Shown here piece after piece: positions 51,989 through 62,356 of a stretch of DNA of 64,000 nucleotides (position 1 is its first letter; the number at the start of each line of letters is the position of its first letter). A program made the translations under genes and the position numbers. This DNA is from an uncultured delta proteobacterium. GTDB lineage: Bacteria > Desulfobacterota > Binatia > Binatales > Binataceae. The stretch is from contig CAWCDG010000009.1 of the NCBI GenBank assembly GCA_963794325.1, positions 1 to 64,000 of the forward strand, in the 5' to 3' direction. The notes under the pieces are model-generated. The model made no database searches. It worked only from the letters and a program-made list of their open reading frames with translations, and had not been told where the DNA came from.

Positions 51989-52223
51989 TCCTAACCTCTC
52001 CTTGTCCGAGGAGAGGTCGGCGCGAGCCGTAGGCGAGCGACGGGAGTGGTGCAGCGCTGGCCGTCGCTACAAGGCGCGTTGTGCTGCTGTCGAGTGGCGA
52101 ACTGGTTTCTCTGCATTGAGATTAAACGAGTCCGCGTTGGTGGACTGTCGCGCGTTGTACCACTCCCGGCGACACCGCTGCGCGGCTTTCGCCGACCTCT
52201 CCTCGGACAAGGAGAGGTTAGGA
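51989..52223. repeat. REPIN/MITE-like element with 34-bp perfect terminal inverted repeats
   Basis: TCCTAACCTCTCCTTGTCCGAGGAGAGGTCGGCG at 51989..52022 and its reverse complement at 52190..52223. Confidence 0.85.
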
Positions 52224-52224
52224 A

Positions 52225-52851
52225 TCAAAACAATGGGCGTTGCGCTGACGCTGCCACCGGCTGGAACGAGCGGCGATGGATTGGCGATGGGCCGAGCTTG
52301 ATCAGCGTTTGCATGTGGTCGTTGGTGCAGTAGCCCTTGTGTTGCGCGAAGCCATAGCCGGGATACTGGCCGTCGAGTTCGACCATCATGCGGTCGCGCG
52401 TGACCTTGGCGATGATCGAGGCAGCGGCGATGCAGAAACTCTTGCGGTCGCCGCCGACGATCTTTGTTTGCGGAAATTCGAGACTCGGGATCTCGCGACC
52501 GTCAACCAGCACGTGGCCGGGCGTGAGACTGAGGGCGGATAGCGCGCGGCGGCTCGCAGACATCGTGGCCCAATAGATATTGAGCCGATCGATTTCGTTG
52601 ACCTCCGCGATACCGACGCCGATCGCGATGGCGCGCTCGCTGATCGGCGTGAAGAGGTCCTCGCGCTGTTCGTGGGTCAACTGCTTTGAATCGTGCACGC
52701 CTCGGATGAAAATCTCAGGCGCGAAGATGACCGCCGCTGCGACCACCGGACCCGCCATCGGGCCGACCCCGGCTTCATCGACGCCGGCGACAGCGTCGAT
52801 GCCAAGTTTCCAGAGCCGTCGTTCGTAGCGCAGGTCGGGTCGCTTGCTCAT
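52225..52851 (-). CDS. rnhB: ribonuclease HII
   Basis: GVDEAG, DSKQL, VDG, AAASIIAKVTRD, HKGY, HRRSF. Confidence 0.95.
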   Translation of the reverse strand: MSKRPDLRYERRLWKLGIDAVAGVDEAGVGPMAGPVVAAAVIFAPEIFIRGVHDSKQLTHEQREDLFTPISERAIAIGVGIAEVNEIDRLNIYWATMSASRRALSALSLTPGHVLVDGREIPSLEFPQTKIVGGDRKSFCIAAASIIAKVTRDRMMVELDGQYPGYGFAQHKGYCTNDHMQTLIKLGPSPIHRRSFQPVAASAQRPLF

Positions 52852-53390
52852 TACGCCATCCGCTTCAAACGTGCCTTGCGAATCGTCTCTGCCGCAAGAT
52901 CGGGATCGTAAATCTCGTTAAGCCGGATGGCATAGTCGGCGCTGGCCGCCGATGCGATCGTAACGTCGCCGAGTCCGAACATCCTTTGAAAGACGCGCTT
53001 GGTGACTTCGACCGAGCGGATGTCGGCCAGTTCCATCTCGCGCCGGCGTGACGCGACCAGTCCGCGCTTTTCGATCAGGCGATCGGAAGTCAGACTCCAA
53101 CTGATGGTCCGCGCGCGAATCATAGTGATGATCCAGAACAGCACGCCGAGGCCGATTACTCCAAAGCCGGCCTGGATCGGTTGAAATTTGACGTAGAGAA
53201 GGCGGCCGCCAGCCGCGATCAGGATTCCGCCGACGATGAATCCGTTCGCGTAGTAGAACAGCGAAGGCCGGAAGGTGGCGAGTGCGTACTCGCGAACTGC
53301 CGACGGCTTGGGCGCGAACAACCGCGTCCCGCATCGCGAGCAGAATGCGGCGCCTTGCTGGTTGTCGTTACCGCACTGGGGACATCTCAT
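52851..53390 (-). CDS. zinc-ribbon plus bacterial PH domain membrane protein
   Basis: CPQCG...CSRCG, two TMs, LTSDRLI...QRMFGLGDV. Confidence 0.8.
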   Translation of the reverse strand: MRCPQCGNDNQQGAAFCSRCGTRLFAPKPSAVREYALATFRPSLFYYANGFIVGGILIAAGGRLLYVKFQPIQAGFGVIGLGVLFWIITMIRARTISWSLTSDRLIEKRGLVASRRREMELADIRSVEVTKRVFQRMFGLGDVTIASAASADYAIRLNEIYDPDLAAETIRKARLKRMA

Positions 53391-53522
53391 CGCGCGCCCG
53401 CCTCATCCGCATCATCGGCCAGAGTCGTAGTCGATGCGATTATGATGATGGCCGGCGTGCCGCGTCAATGCAGTGGCGCGAACAACTGGCCTGAATCTAC
53501 AGGGTCGTGGTAATCGTCGTTC

Positions 53523-54371
53523 ATGAAAATCGGATTATTCGGAATCAACAACGGTCCGTGTGCGTTTCCCAAATGCGCCGCCAGTGTCGCGCGTGCGGCC
53601 GAGGACGCGGGCTTCGAAAGCGTGTGGACCGGCGAGCACGTGATACTGCCCGACCCGCAGGCGCCGCCGTCGCCGGTAGCGGCCGACTACCCGATGCTCG
53701 ATCCTGCGGTCTCGCTCGCGTTCATCGCGGCGCATACGACCAAGCTTCGGCTCGGCACCGGCATCATCATATTGCCCCAGCGCAACCCGGTGGTGCTCGC
53801 GAAGGAGCTCGCCTCGACCGACGTGCTCTCGAACGGACGGCTGATTTTCGGAATCGGTGTTGGTTACCTGAAGCCGGAGTTCGAGGCGATCGGTGCGCCG
53901 TTCGATCATAAGGGTGCGCGTTCCGAGGAATGGCTGGCGGCGATGATCGCGCTGTGGTCGATGCCGAAGCCGGAGTTCGCCGGCAAGTGGATCAAATTCA
54001 AGGGCGTCAATGCGATGCCGCGGCCGGTGCAGAAGCCGCATCCCGAGATTGTCTTCGGCGGACATACCAAGGAAGCGTTCAGCCGCGCCGCTCGTCTCGC
54101 GAAGGGCTGGTATGGATTTGCGCAAGACCTTGACGGTACTGCGAAGTGCGTTGAGGGGCTGAAGGCCGCATGCAAGGCGGCGGGCCGCCGGTTCGAGGAG
54201 TTAGAGATAAGCATCACGCCAAGTCCGCGAGTGAAGGTTGATCGCGACACAGCCCAGCGTTACGCCGAGCTCGGCGTGAGTCGTCTGATACTGTTGCAGC
54301 GCGGCGCGGACGAAGCAGAGTTACTGAAAGGCGTCGGCGAGGTTGCGCGCGAACTGATCGGGAAAGTGTAA
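53523..54371 (+). CDS. LLM class F420-dependent oxidoreductase
   Basis: GFESVWTGEH, LSNGRLIFGIGVGY, PRPVQKPHP. Confidence 0.9.
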   Translation: MKIGLFGINNGPCAFPKCAASVARAAEDAGFESVWTGEHVILPDPQAPPSPVAADYPMLDPAVSLAFIAAHTTKLRLGTGIIILPQRNPVVLAKELASTDVLSNGRLIFGIGVGYLKPEFEAIGAPFDHKGARSEEWLAAMIALWSMPKPEFAGKWIKFKGVNAMPRPVQKPHPEIVFGGHTKEAFSRAARLAKGWYGFAQDLDGTAKCVEGLKAACKAAGRRFEELEISITPSPRVKVDRDTAQRYAELGVSRLILLQRGADEAELLKGVGEVARELIGKV

Positions 54372-54659
54372 GGCGTCAACTGATAGTTAGCGGAATCGAG
54401 CCGGTCAAAACAGGACGACAAGTGTCCCAGAAGCGCGACGGAGTGCATTGACGAGTCGCGTTCACGGCACGACCGTCATTTTTCGGTCGTAGTGGCAAAA
54501 TCCTACCGTCTGCGGCGTTCAATTTCAGCCGCATACTGCTTTATTCGAGTGACATTCAGGCTGGTATCCCCTCGGCACGCAGCTTGCGATAGCCCTCTGA
54601 GAGTCCGCTGTGGCAATCACACGAATCAATAAAGGAAAGTGAAAAGAGGGAGCTGACAG

Positions 54660-54854
54660 ATGCTGAAAAATGACAGCAGTCACGTACTGACGGTCAAGGA
54701 ACTTTCTGACTATCTGAAGGTTCATCCGTCGACGATATATCGCCAGCTCAAGCGCGGGCGTTTGCCGGCGTTCAAGGTTGGCAGCGACTGGCGCTTCAAT
54801 ATCGAATCGATCGACCGATGGCGTCTGGAGCAGGACGCATTCAAAGAGATGTAG
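54660..54854 (+). CDS. excisionase-like (HTH_17) DNA-binding protein
   Basis: LTVKELSDYLKVHPSTIYR...LPAFKVGSDWRF; GAGGGAG RBS. Confidence 0.88.
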   Translation: MLKNDSSHVLTVKELSDYLKVHPSTIYRQLKRGRLPAFKVGSDWRFNIESIDRWRLEQDAFKEM

Positions 54855-54913
54855 TACTGCCGGGGGGCACGCTCGTGGTGGGGACCAACGGGGGGAGCTG
54901 GGGGAAAGAGGGG

Positions 54914-54959
54914 AGTCACGCAGAGGGCGTCCGCAAGGACGCCCGGCGTGGCTAGTTTT
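54914..54959 (+). terminator. long hairpin with GCAA tetraloop
   Basis: AGTCACGC..GGGCGTCC-GCAA-GGACGCCC.GCGTGGCT then AGTTTT. Confidence 0.55.
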
Positions 54960-55048
54960 CGGCGTCAGTGGGACGGGCCGCGTCAGTGGGGCGGGCCGCC
55001 TTGCCCGCCAAGGCCAAGCTTGAGGAGTGTGAGCGTCGAGGAGAAATT

Positions 55049-55255
55049 ATGCGTTTGACTATTGTGGCGGGATTGATCATGGGCCTGTCGCTGGCAGTCC
55101 AGTCGATGCTAGGCGCTCACGCGAAGGCAAAAGTCGGTGATGCGGCGAGCTCAGTGCGGTCCAATGCGCGCGTGGTCGCGCCGTGGTACGTCGCGGCAAG
55201 TGATGCGCGTCGCGAGAAGCACAGCGTAGACACGGCCACTGAGTCGCGAACCTGA
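55049..55255 (+). CDS. small secreted hypothetical protein
   Basis: GAGGAG RBS, signal-peptide-like N-terminus. Confidence 0.55.
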   Translation: MRLTIVAGLIMGLSLAVQSMLGAHAKAKVGDAASSVRSNARVVAPWYVAASDARREKHSVDTATESRT

Positions 55256-55433
55256 TTCGATCGCATCTCCGCGACCGACCGGTTCTCCTTCCCGCTCGTG
55301 AAGGGGTTAGTTGATCATGCGCTGCGCGCACCCTGACGGATGAAAGCCGAACATCTGTTACGCGCTCCATCGATCCGCCACCCCTGAGAGCAAAAGCGCG
55401 TCCTCGCGATTTTTGCGATTTCTTTCTCTTAAT

Positions 55434-55459
55434 ACTGGGTGCAGGGGTCACCCCTGCCG
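55434..55459 (+). repeat. partial family B repeat (first hairpin only)
   Basis: ACTGGGTGCAGGGGTCACCCCTGCC. Confidence 0.75.
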
Positions 55460-55550
55460 CCCGCCGCGCAGGCGATTATTTCTTTGTTTTATTTTCCATC
55501 TGGCGACGTGCCAGACACATCAGACTGTTCTTATCGCGCCGGTCGATGCC

Positions 55551-57512
55551 TCATCGGCAGGAACCGACGAAATCGAATGCGAGCCATCCGCGGAGCGGAT
55601 CGACGCGGCTCACTTGCACCATGATCGGTAGCTGATTCGGAAGGCTGGGCGCTCCGTGCAAGGTTCCTCGAACCGTGAAGTCGACCAGCTCTGCGCTCTG
55701 GCCTTCGCGTGCGACGTAGGCGAGCAACGGGCCGTCCTGGGCGTGACGTTCAAGATAGCGAAGGATCCAGTAGCGCTTCGCACGCCGCTCGAGTTCGCGG
55801 CCCGACGCTTCCGCATTCTCGGCGCCGGCCAGCACGGTCAGCAATTCATCGACGGTATATATCGCGGTGTCGTGGTCGCGATTCGCAAGCGCGCCCAACA
55901 ATTGTCGCTGCAGGACCAGGTCGGCATAGCGGCGGATCGGCGAGCTCAACTGGGCATAAAAGTCGAGTCCGATCCCGGCGTGATATTCCGGGTGCAGCGA
56001 CAGCCGAGGGCGCATCGACGCCATATCGCCTCCGCCCATTTGCGGCTGCACGCGGTAGATGATCGGAATGCGATTCGCCGCCGCGTATCGAGCTGCGACG
56101 AAATTGTTCAGCACCATGAACTCCGCCACAAGCGTGCGGCCGGGAGACGCGTTGTCGAGCACAGAGATTTGAACGTCGTCGCCATGCACGCGAACCTTCG
56201 CCTCACGCCGCTGCACGAGCACCGCGCCGGAGGTACGTCGTCGTTGGCGAAGCTTGATCGCCGCGGCGTTGAGGCGAGAGACGGTCGCCGCGGTTTCGTC
56301 GCCGTCATTTCCTGATTCGAGAAACCGATCGACCTGGTCATAGTCGAGCCGGCGCATGATTGGAATTCGCGCTGGGTAAATCGAAGCTTCGAGCAGTTCG
56401 CCGTCCGCCGACAATCGCACGTCGGTGGTCAGCACCGGCCGATCCTGGCCCTCAATCAGACTCGCCGCGCGGCATGAGATCGGATCAGGTAGCATCCTGA
56501 TAGTCGTCTCGGGCAGGTAGACCGTGGTGGCGCGCGAGGCCGCTTCCTGATCCATCGCGCCGCCCTTGGCGACGAAATCCGCCACCAGCGCGATATGCAC
56601 CCGGACGCGGATGCCGCCGTCGGCGAGTGGCTCGCAACTGAGAGCATCGTCGACCTCGACGGTATCGTTGTCATCGACTGTGACTGCGAAGCCGCCGTCG
56701 GAAATCGCGCGCGGACCCGGCACCACCTCGGACGCCTCCTTCATCACCGCATCGCTGAACTCGTCCTTGAGCCCGGCGATGAATGCGAAGCGTGGCACGC
56801 GCAGCGGAGCGCCGAGCCGCTCGAGAATTTCGAATGCTGCTTCCGCCGGATCGACGTCGGGCGCCGCCTGCGTGAGCATCTGCGTCATATCGCGGTTGCG
56901 GGTGTGCGGATTTTTGAGAAAACGCGTTAGCTCTTCGATAAGCGCAGCCGCTTCGTCGGCGGGCGGCTTCTCGGCGCCGATCAGGACGTCGCGCAGATGC
57001 TTCTGGATTTTGCGAGAGTCCTTGCTGCGCGCACGAATCCGATCGTTCTGTATCCGCAGGCGTTCGACCTGTTCGGGTGTGCGCGGCACGAAATCCATGT
57101 GGCGGCGGACAAAGTAAGTGCGATCATTCAGCAAAGCTTCGAGCATCACGGAGGCGGCCGCGTTCGAGCGACGGCCGAAAAACAGATCGGCCAGCTCGAC
57201 CGCCGAAAAACTGCGGCTCTGCTCCTGCGCGACTTGCCAGAGCAACTCGAGATCGAGTTCGGCGGCTAGTTGGGCGCGCTCATGTTCGAGCTCCGCGATC
57301 GCCTCGGCAACGTTTTCGCGATCGGCATGTCGCTCCGGATGGCGCATCAGCACCAGGTCGCGTGGAACCAGCTTCTCGTGTCCCGCGGCATCGACCACCG
57401 CGAGATGGCGTTCCTGTTCGCGGGTCACGAGCGCAGGTTTCAGCCGGCCCTGATCGAGGTACTCGATTATAGTACCGATAAATTTTACTGGTGATGACAC
57501 GTCTGAATTCAT
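55551..57512 (-). CDS. RNase II/RNB-domain exoribonuclease
   Basis: TVDDNDTVEVDDALS, TVYLP, LVAEFM, SSPIRRYADL. Confidence 0.92.
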   Translation of the reverse strand: MNSDVSSPVKFIGTIIEYLDQGRLKPALVTREQERHLAVVDAAGHEKLVPRDLVLMRHPERHADRENVAEAIAELEHERAQLAAELDLELLWQVAQEQSRSFSAVELADLFFGRRSNAAASVMLEALLNDRTYFVRRHMDFVPRTPEQVERLRIQNDRIRARSKDSRKIQKHLRDVLIGAEKPPADEAAALIEELTRFLKNPHTRNRDMTQMLTQAAPDVDPAEAAFEILERLGAPLRVPRFAFIAGLKDEFSDAVMKEASEVVPGPRAISDGGFAVTVDDNDTVEVDDALSCEPLADGGIRVRVHIALVADFVAKGGAMDQEAASRATTVYLPETTIRMLPDPISCRAASLIEGQDRPVLTTDVRLSADGELLEASIYPARIPIMRRLDYDQVDRFLESGNDGDETAATVSRLNAAAIKLRQRRRTSGAVLVQRREAKVRVHGDDVQISVLDNASPGRTLVAEFMVLNNFVAARYAAANRIPIIYRVQPQMGGGDMASMRPRLSLHPEYHAGIGLDFYAQLSSPIRRYADLVLQRQLLGALANRDHDTAIYTVDELLTVLAGAENAEASGRELERRAKRYWILRYLERHAQDGPLLAYVAREGQSAELVDFTVRGTLHGAPSLPNQLPIMVQVSRVDPLRGWLAFDFVGSCR

Positions 57513-57584
57513 TTTGACGACCGCCGCGAGCTAAGACTATATGGAAGGACGAACAATCGCGGAAAGTGTATTGAGCGAAGCAGC

Positions 57585-57800
57585 TTGAGCAGGAAAATTC
57601 AGATCGACGTGCCCGACGAACTGTTCGAGCATCTCATTCGGGTTGCGCAGGCGATGGGGATTTCGAATCCCGAAGAGGCTGCGACCGTTGGGCTGGCCGA
57701 GTGGGTGTTGCGCCGCAAGTCGGAGCTGGACGATCTGGATCCGAACGAAAAGTACGAAGTCAACGAGGCACTTGATGAACTTCTCGAAAAGAAAAAATAA
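57585..57800 (+). CDS. small hypothetical protein (RHH-like N-terminus)
   Basis: KIQIDVPDELFEHL pattern. Confidence 0.55.
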   Translation: MSRKIQIDVPDELFEHLIRVAQAMGISNPEEAATVGLAEWVLRRKSELDDLDPNEKYEVNEALDELLEKKK

Positions 57801-58819
57801 CTTTTCTATCTTCGCCGCAGCGTTCGCCATCGTTGCATTGACGATCGCCGCGTTGCCGGGCTTGACCAACTCGATCGCGCGCGCGTCGGGTCCCGGCCTC
57901 GAAGTCGAAGTCCCATTCGAGATCAAGGCGCTCAAGGCGCCCGGCCTCGTCGCACCGTACTTTATCCAGGACAATCACGGCACCATGGTGGTGTCCGATC
58001 AGGCTGGTGGCGTTTACTCGGTCACATTCGGAGGCAAAGCGACACCGCTGGCCGACAAGACGAAGACTCAAAAATCCGGCCGGATTGGCAATCGGCCCCG
58101 CAGGATTCGGATCATATGAGGGCAACGTTTTCGTCCTGGCCGCGACCGGCGGTATCAAGGGACCGTGCGAAGTCGAACGTATCGACAAGTCGGGCGCTGT
58201 CAGTACCTTCGCAAAAATGCCGGATGCGGCCGCGACGCAATGCAGTGACCTGGAATTCGGCAAGGCTAGCTCACCGTTCGCCGGCAAGCTTTACGCGATA
58301 ACGAATGGCAACGCATCGATTTATGCCATCGACGCCTCGGGCAAGGCGACCACATTTGGCTCGTACAACAAGCCGGTCGCGTTCGAGCTGACGACGATAA
58401 CATTCCCACCGTCGTCCGATTCGAAAGCGGCGGGCACGATGCTGATCGGGATGCGCGCGAAAGGTGGTTTCGCGGCGAAGGTTGGCCGCATCGGGATGAT
58501 CACTCCCGACGGCAAGTTGAAGGACGACGTTTACCTGGTCGGATTCATCCGGCCGGCGGGCTTTGCGTGGTCGCCCTCAACCTTCGGATCGTACAGCGAC
58601 GAATTGATGATCGCGGACACCGGCAAGTTTGCTTCCGAGAACAACAACGAACGCGACGGAACCGTCTACCGGGTCGAGAAAGATATTGCGCGGTCGTTCG
58701 CCTCGGGCTTGATGGATCCGACCGACATGAAGTTCATCGGCAGCAAGGCAGTGATTTGCGATCCCGCCGAGAAGGGCAAGGGGCAGGGCGCGATCGTGAT
58801 TATCTCGTCGATGCTGTAA
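57775..58819 (+). CDS. secreted beta-propeller-like (NHL/SMP-30-like) protein, frameshifted near 58066
   Basis: signal peptide in ORF 57643..58119, continuing as LKNPAGLAIGP...RPAGFAWSP...DPTDMKF in ORF 58007..58819. Confidence 0.7.
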
Positions 58820-58826
58820 GCGCGAA

Positions 58827-59534
58827 TCAGTGCCAGGGCTCGCGGACTACTTCGGTGTCGCCGGTCTCGCGATCGACCAGCAGCATCTCAACCTGGTTAT
58901 ACTGTCCCTTGGGGAAAAAGACGTAGCCGCTGACAGTAAAGTCCTTGCGCACTTCCTCGGGCTTGAGTGAAACCGCTTCGAGCTGTTGATTGGCCTGCTG
59001 GTCGGCTTTTGACTGTCCTCGCTCAGCGCCCCTGAAAATGCCGCCCGCAGCTCCGAACGCCGTGCCCACCAACGCGCCCGCGCCCGGAGAGCCGAAACCA
59101 TACCATCCAGCGGAACGTCCCGCCGCACCGGCGATAGCGCCGGCACCCGCACCTACCGCAGCACCGCCAACGCCGCTGATCGCAGCGCTCTTCACTGCGC
59201 CTTCGAGTTCGTTAGCGCCGCCGGCCTGGCGCGCAGCTTCACCCGGAGCAAGAGGCGCCACTCGCTCGCCGGCTTCATTGAGCGCGAAGATCTGGCTGGG
59301 AATCACCGACCGCGGCGCATCAGTGCCGTTCGCGACCGACACATAAACCGGGGTTACTTCGCCGACGGTTGGCGCGGCCGCGACGCTCACCGCAACTCGG
59401 CCCTGCTGCGGCGTCGCGACGATATTGGGCGTATGCGCAATCGGCGCCGGCGCCACAGCGCAACCGGCAGTCACGACAACCATCGCGACCGCTCCGGCCC
59501 GCAGTGCAGCTAAGCGATTTTTTATCAGCGTCAC
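58827..59534 (-). CDS. lipoprotein with glycine zipper
   Basis: lipobox TAGC; GAAVGAGAGAIAG; VSGYVFFP. Confidence 0.72.
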   Translation of the reverse strand: MTLIKNRLAALRAGAVAMVVVTAGCAVAPAPIAHTPNIVATPQQGRVAVSVAAAPTVGEVTPVYVSVANGTDAPRSVIPSQIFALNEAGERVAPLAPGEAARQAGGANELEGAVKSAAISGVGGAAVGAGAGAIAGAAGRSAGWYGFGSPGAGALVGTAFGAAGGIFRGAERGQSKADQQANQQLEAVSLKPEEVRKDFTVSGYVFFPKGQYNQVEMLLVDRETGDTEVVREPWH

Positions 59535-59704
59535 GAATGCAAACCCCTGCTCTTCATTTCAGTCGATGGCGCGCGGCAAGTCTATACCTCGCACGGCTCG
59601 CATCATTAGACGTTGCTCGCAGCGCCGGACGTTTCAGATGAACGAACGTTTATTTCAGGTGCGTTTTCGAGGCTTTTCCGGCAAGCTCTGCTAGGATTCA
59701 CTCG

Positions 59705-61222
59705 ATGAGCCCGGCCGATACGCACCGCCCGAAGAACGCCATCGTAATCCTGCTCGACAGCCTCAATCGTCACATGATCGGCGCCTATGGCGGCCGCGAG
59801 TTCGCGACGCCCAACCTCGACAGTTTCGCACGGCGCGCGATTCGCTTCGATCGTCATTACTCGGGGTCGCTGCCGTGTATCCCGGCGCGTCACGATATTC
59901 TTTGCGGCGCGATCGATTTTTTGTGGAAGCCATGGGGATCGATCGAAATCTGGGAGCGGCCGCTCACTGCATATCTTCGCGCGGCCGGCGTCGTCACCAA
60001 GCTGGTCTCGGACCATCCGCATCTGTTTGAAGTCGGCGGCGAAAACTATCACACCGATTTCACCGCGTGGGACTACCAGCGCGGGCATGAGAGCGACCCA
60101 TGGCAGACGCGGCCCGATCCGAGCTGGATGGGCGCGCCGTCGTTCGCGCGCGGGCATACTCCGTACGACAACTCGCGCGGCTACTTTCGCGGCGAAGCGG
60201 ATTTTCCGGGGCCGCGCACGATGGCGGCGGCTACCGAATGGCTCGAGCGTTCGGCGCGCAGTCACGATCGTTTCATGTTGTTCGTTGATGAGTTCGATCC
60301 GCACGAGCCCTTCGATACGCCGGAGCCTTACGCCTCGATGTACGATTCGTCGTGGCAAGGTCCTCACATGATCTGGCCGCCGTATATGCGCGGCGCCCTG
60401 GAGCGTGGCGTGCTCACACTCGAGCAGGCGGCGCAAATTCGCGCGTGCTACGGCGCGAAGCTGACGATGATCGACGCGTGGCTCGGCAAGCTGCTCGGGG
60501 CAATCGAGCGCGGCGGGTTCTACCACGACACCGCGGTGATCGTATGCACCGATCACGGGCATTACCTGGGCGAGAAGGACATCTGGGGCAAGCCCGCGGT
60601 GCCGATTTACGAACCGCTCGGGCATACGCCGTTGCTGATCGCGATGCCGGGAGTTGGCAACAGAAATGTCGATGCGCTCACCACTAACGTCGATATCTGC
60701 GCGACGCTCGCGGATATTTTCGGCGTCGAGATGAAGCATCGGACCCACGGACGCTCGATGATTCCGCTGATGACGGGCGAAGCGCACTCGATTCGCGACT
60801 GGGCTTTAGCGGGAGTATGGGGACGCGAGGTTCATTTGATCGACGCGGAAGCGAAGTATGCGCGCGCGCCGTCGGGCGATAACGCGCCGCTGAGCCTGTG
60901 GTCGAATCGATGGTCCACGATGCCGATACATCACATGCCGGAAATCCAGATGCCGCCGCCCGACGATCGCGCGATCCTCGACCGGATGCCGGGCGCACGG
61001 ATTCCAGTTATCCGCCAGCCTTATCGCGCCGGCGACCTGCTGCCTTTCTGGGCGATGGGCAAGTTCAGTGGTAATCATTTGTATCGCGTGCGCGACGATC
61101 CTGCGGAAGAAGCGAACCTCGCGGGCGGTGTCGAAGAAAAACGCGCGGCGGAAAAACTTCGCGCCGTTCTTATCGAGATGGAAGCGCCCAAGGATCAGCT
61201 CGAACGCCTCGCGCTCGCATAA
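59705..61222 (+). CDS. sulfatase
   Basis: LLDSL, TPNLD, CIPAR (CxPxR), DPHEPF, TDHGHYLGE. Confidence 0.93.
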   Translation: MSPADTHRPKNAIVILLDSLNRHMIGAYGGREFATPNLDSFARRAIRFDRHYSGSLPCIPARHDILCGAIDFLWKPWGSIEIWERPLTAYLRAAGVVTKLVSDHPHLFEVGGENYHTDFTAWDYQRGHESDPWQTRPDPSWMGAPSFARGHTPYDNSRGYFRGEADFPGPRTMAAATEWLERSARSHDRFMLFVDEFDPHEPFDTPEPYASMYDSSWQGPHMIWPPYMRGALERGVLTLEQAAQIRACYGAKLTMIDAWLGKLLGAIERGGFYHDTAVIVCTDHGHYLGEKDIWGKPAVPIYEPLGHTPLLIAMPGVGNRNVDALTTNVDICATLADIFGVEMKHRTHGRSMIPLMTGEAHSIRDWALAGVWGREVHLIDAEAKYARAPSGDNAPLSLWSNRWSTMPIHHMPEIQMPPPDDRAILDRMPGARIPVIRQPYRAGDLLPFWAMGKFSGNHLYRVRDDPAEEANLAGGVEEKRAAEKLRAVLIEMEAPKDQLERLALA

Positions 61223-61242
61223 CATCGAACAGGAGGAATGCA

Positions 61243-61653
61243 ATGGCAGCAAAAATTGTCGGTGGATGCATGTGCGGTGCGGTTCGTTACGAATCCACGG
61301 CGGACGCCGTGATGCAGGCGAGCTGTTACTGCCGCGATTGCCAGCGTTCGACTGGCGCGGCGTTCGCGCCGGTCCTGCTCGTCCCGAAAGACGCATTCAA
61401 GCTGACCAGGGGCGAGCTGAAACACTACGAGGTGAAAGGCGACAGCGGCAACAAAGTCAGCCGCGCGTTTTGCGCCAACTGCGGATCGCCGATCATGAGC
61501 GTCCTGTCGGGCATGCCGTTCACCGCGATCAAGGCCGGCAGCCTGGACGATCCAAGCCAGTTTCAGCCGACCGCGAGCATTTTCGTAGCCAGCGCACCGA
61601 AGTGGGCACCGCATTTTCCGGGCGTTCCAACCTTCGCCAAAAATCCCGGCTGA
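61243..61653 (+). CDS. GFA family protein
   Basis: GGCMCGAVRY, CYCRDCQR, RAFCANCGSP. Confidence 0.92.
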   Translation: MAAKIVGGCMCGAVRYESTADAVMQASCYCRDCQRSTGAAFAPVLLVPKDAFKLTRGELKHYEVKGDSGNKVSRAFCANCGSPIMSVLSGMPFTAIKAGSLDDPSQFQPTASIFVASAPKWAPHFPGVPTFAKNPG

Positions 61654-61704
61654 TACGGCGCCAGTTACGCGTGCCCATCTCGAGAGGAGCAATTCTCCCG
61701 GCAT

Positions 61705-62295
61705 CTAGCGGTGCCCACCTCCACCATGCCCCCCTCCGCCGCCGTGTCCTCCCGCATGCCCGCCACCGCGGTGACCTCCGCCGTGGCCGCCACCGCCGAA
61801 ATGCGGCGCGGGGGCGAATCCTCCGATCCAGAATGTTGGCGGCGGAAAGAACGCACCGTTCAAAGCGTTCAGTGACGCGACCTGCTGATCGTCGGATTGA
61901 GCGGCATATTGCGCAGTGTCACTCTCCTGCCGTTGCGCCACCTGGTAGCGGTCGTAGTCGCTTTGATGGCCTTCATAAACGCAGACGCAAATGTCGGGAT
62001 CGTAATACCAGTAAACCGCGCCTGATTGTGCGGTGTACTTGCGAATCTCGTAGGGCGGCAAATCTTCCACGAGGCCGCCCTCGTCATCAGTGACGACTTT
62101 GATCGTCGTGAATCCCGCCTCTGAGAGCATCGCCTCGGTTTTCCGAACGGTCTCCGGCTTCGAGGCTTCATAGCGCCGGTATAGTGCACAACTTGATACG
62201 ATCAGCGCCAGCAGAACCCCAACAATGAACCGTCTGTACAGCAAGCGAAGCCGATCATATATGCCTCGCTCCCCGGACAGAATGAACAATCGCAA
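61705..62295 (-). CDS. lipoprotein with Gly/His-rich tail
   Basis: lipobox VSSC; MLSEAGF; tail GGGGHGGGHRGGGH; start uncertain. Confidence 0.6.
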   Translation of the reverse strand: MRLFILSGERGIYDRLRLLYRRFIVGVLLALIVSSCALYRRYEASKPETVRKTEAMLSEAGFTTIKVVTDDEGGLVEDLPPYEIRKYTAQSGAVYWYYDPDICVCVYEGHQSDYDRYQVAQRQESDTAQYAAQSDDQQVASLNALNGAFFPPPTFWIGGFAPAPHFGGGGHGGGHRGGGHAGGHGGGGGHGGGGHR

Positions 62296-62356
62296 TCAAC
62301 CCGCCATCTTCGCCCGCCGGCGTGTTTATGATTTAACGATCTTGCTCGCCCAAAAC

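Noticed and set aside
54660-54854. Prophage or ICE marked by the excisionase-like gene
   Set aside because: No integrase, att repeat, phage or conjugation genes nearby
28034-55459. GTGAAACCC...GGGTTTCAC palindromes as CRISPR repeats
   Set aside because: Copies are kilobases apart, with no spacer periodicity and no cas genes
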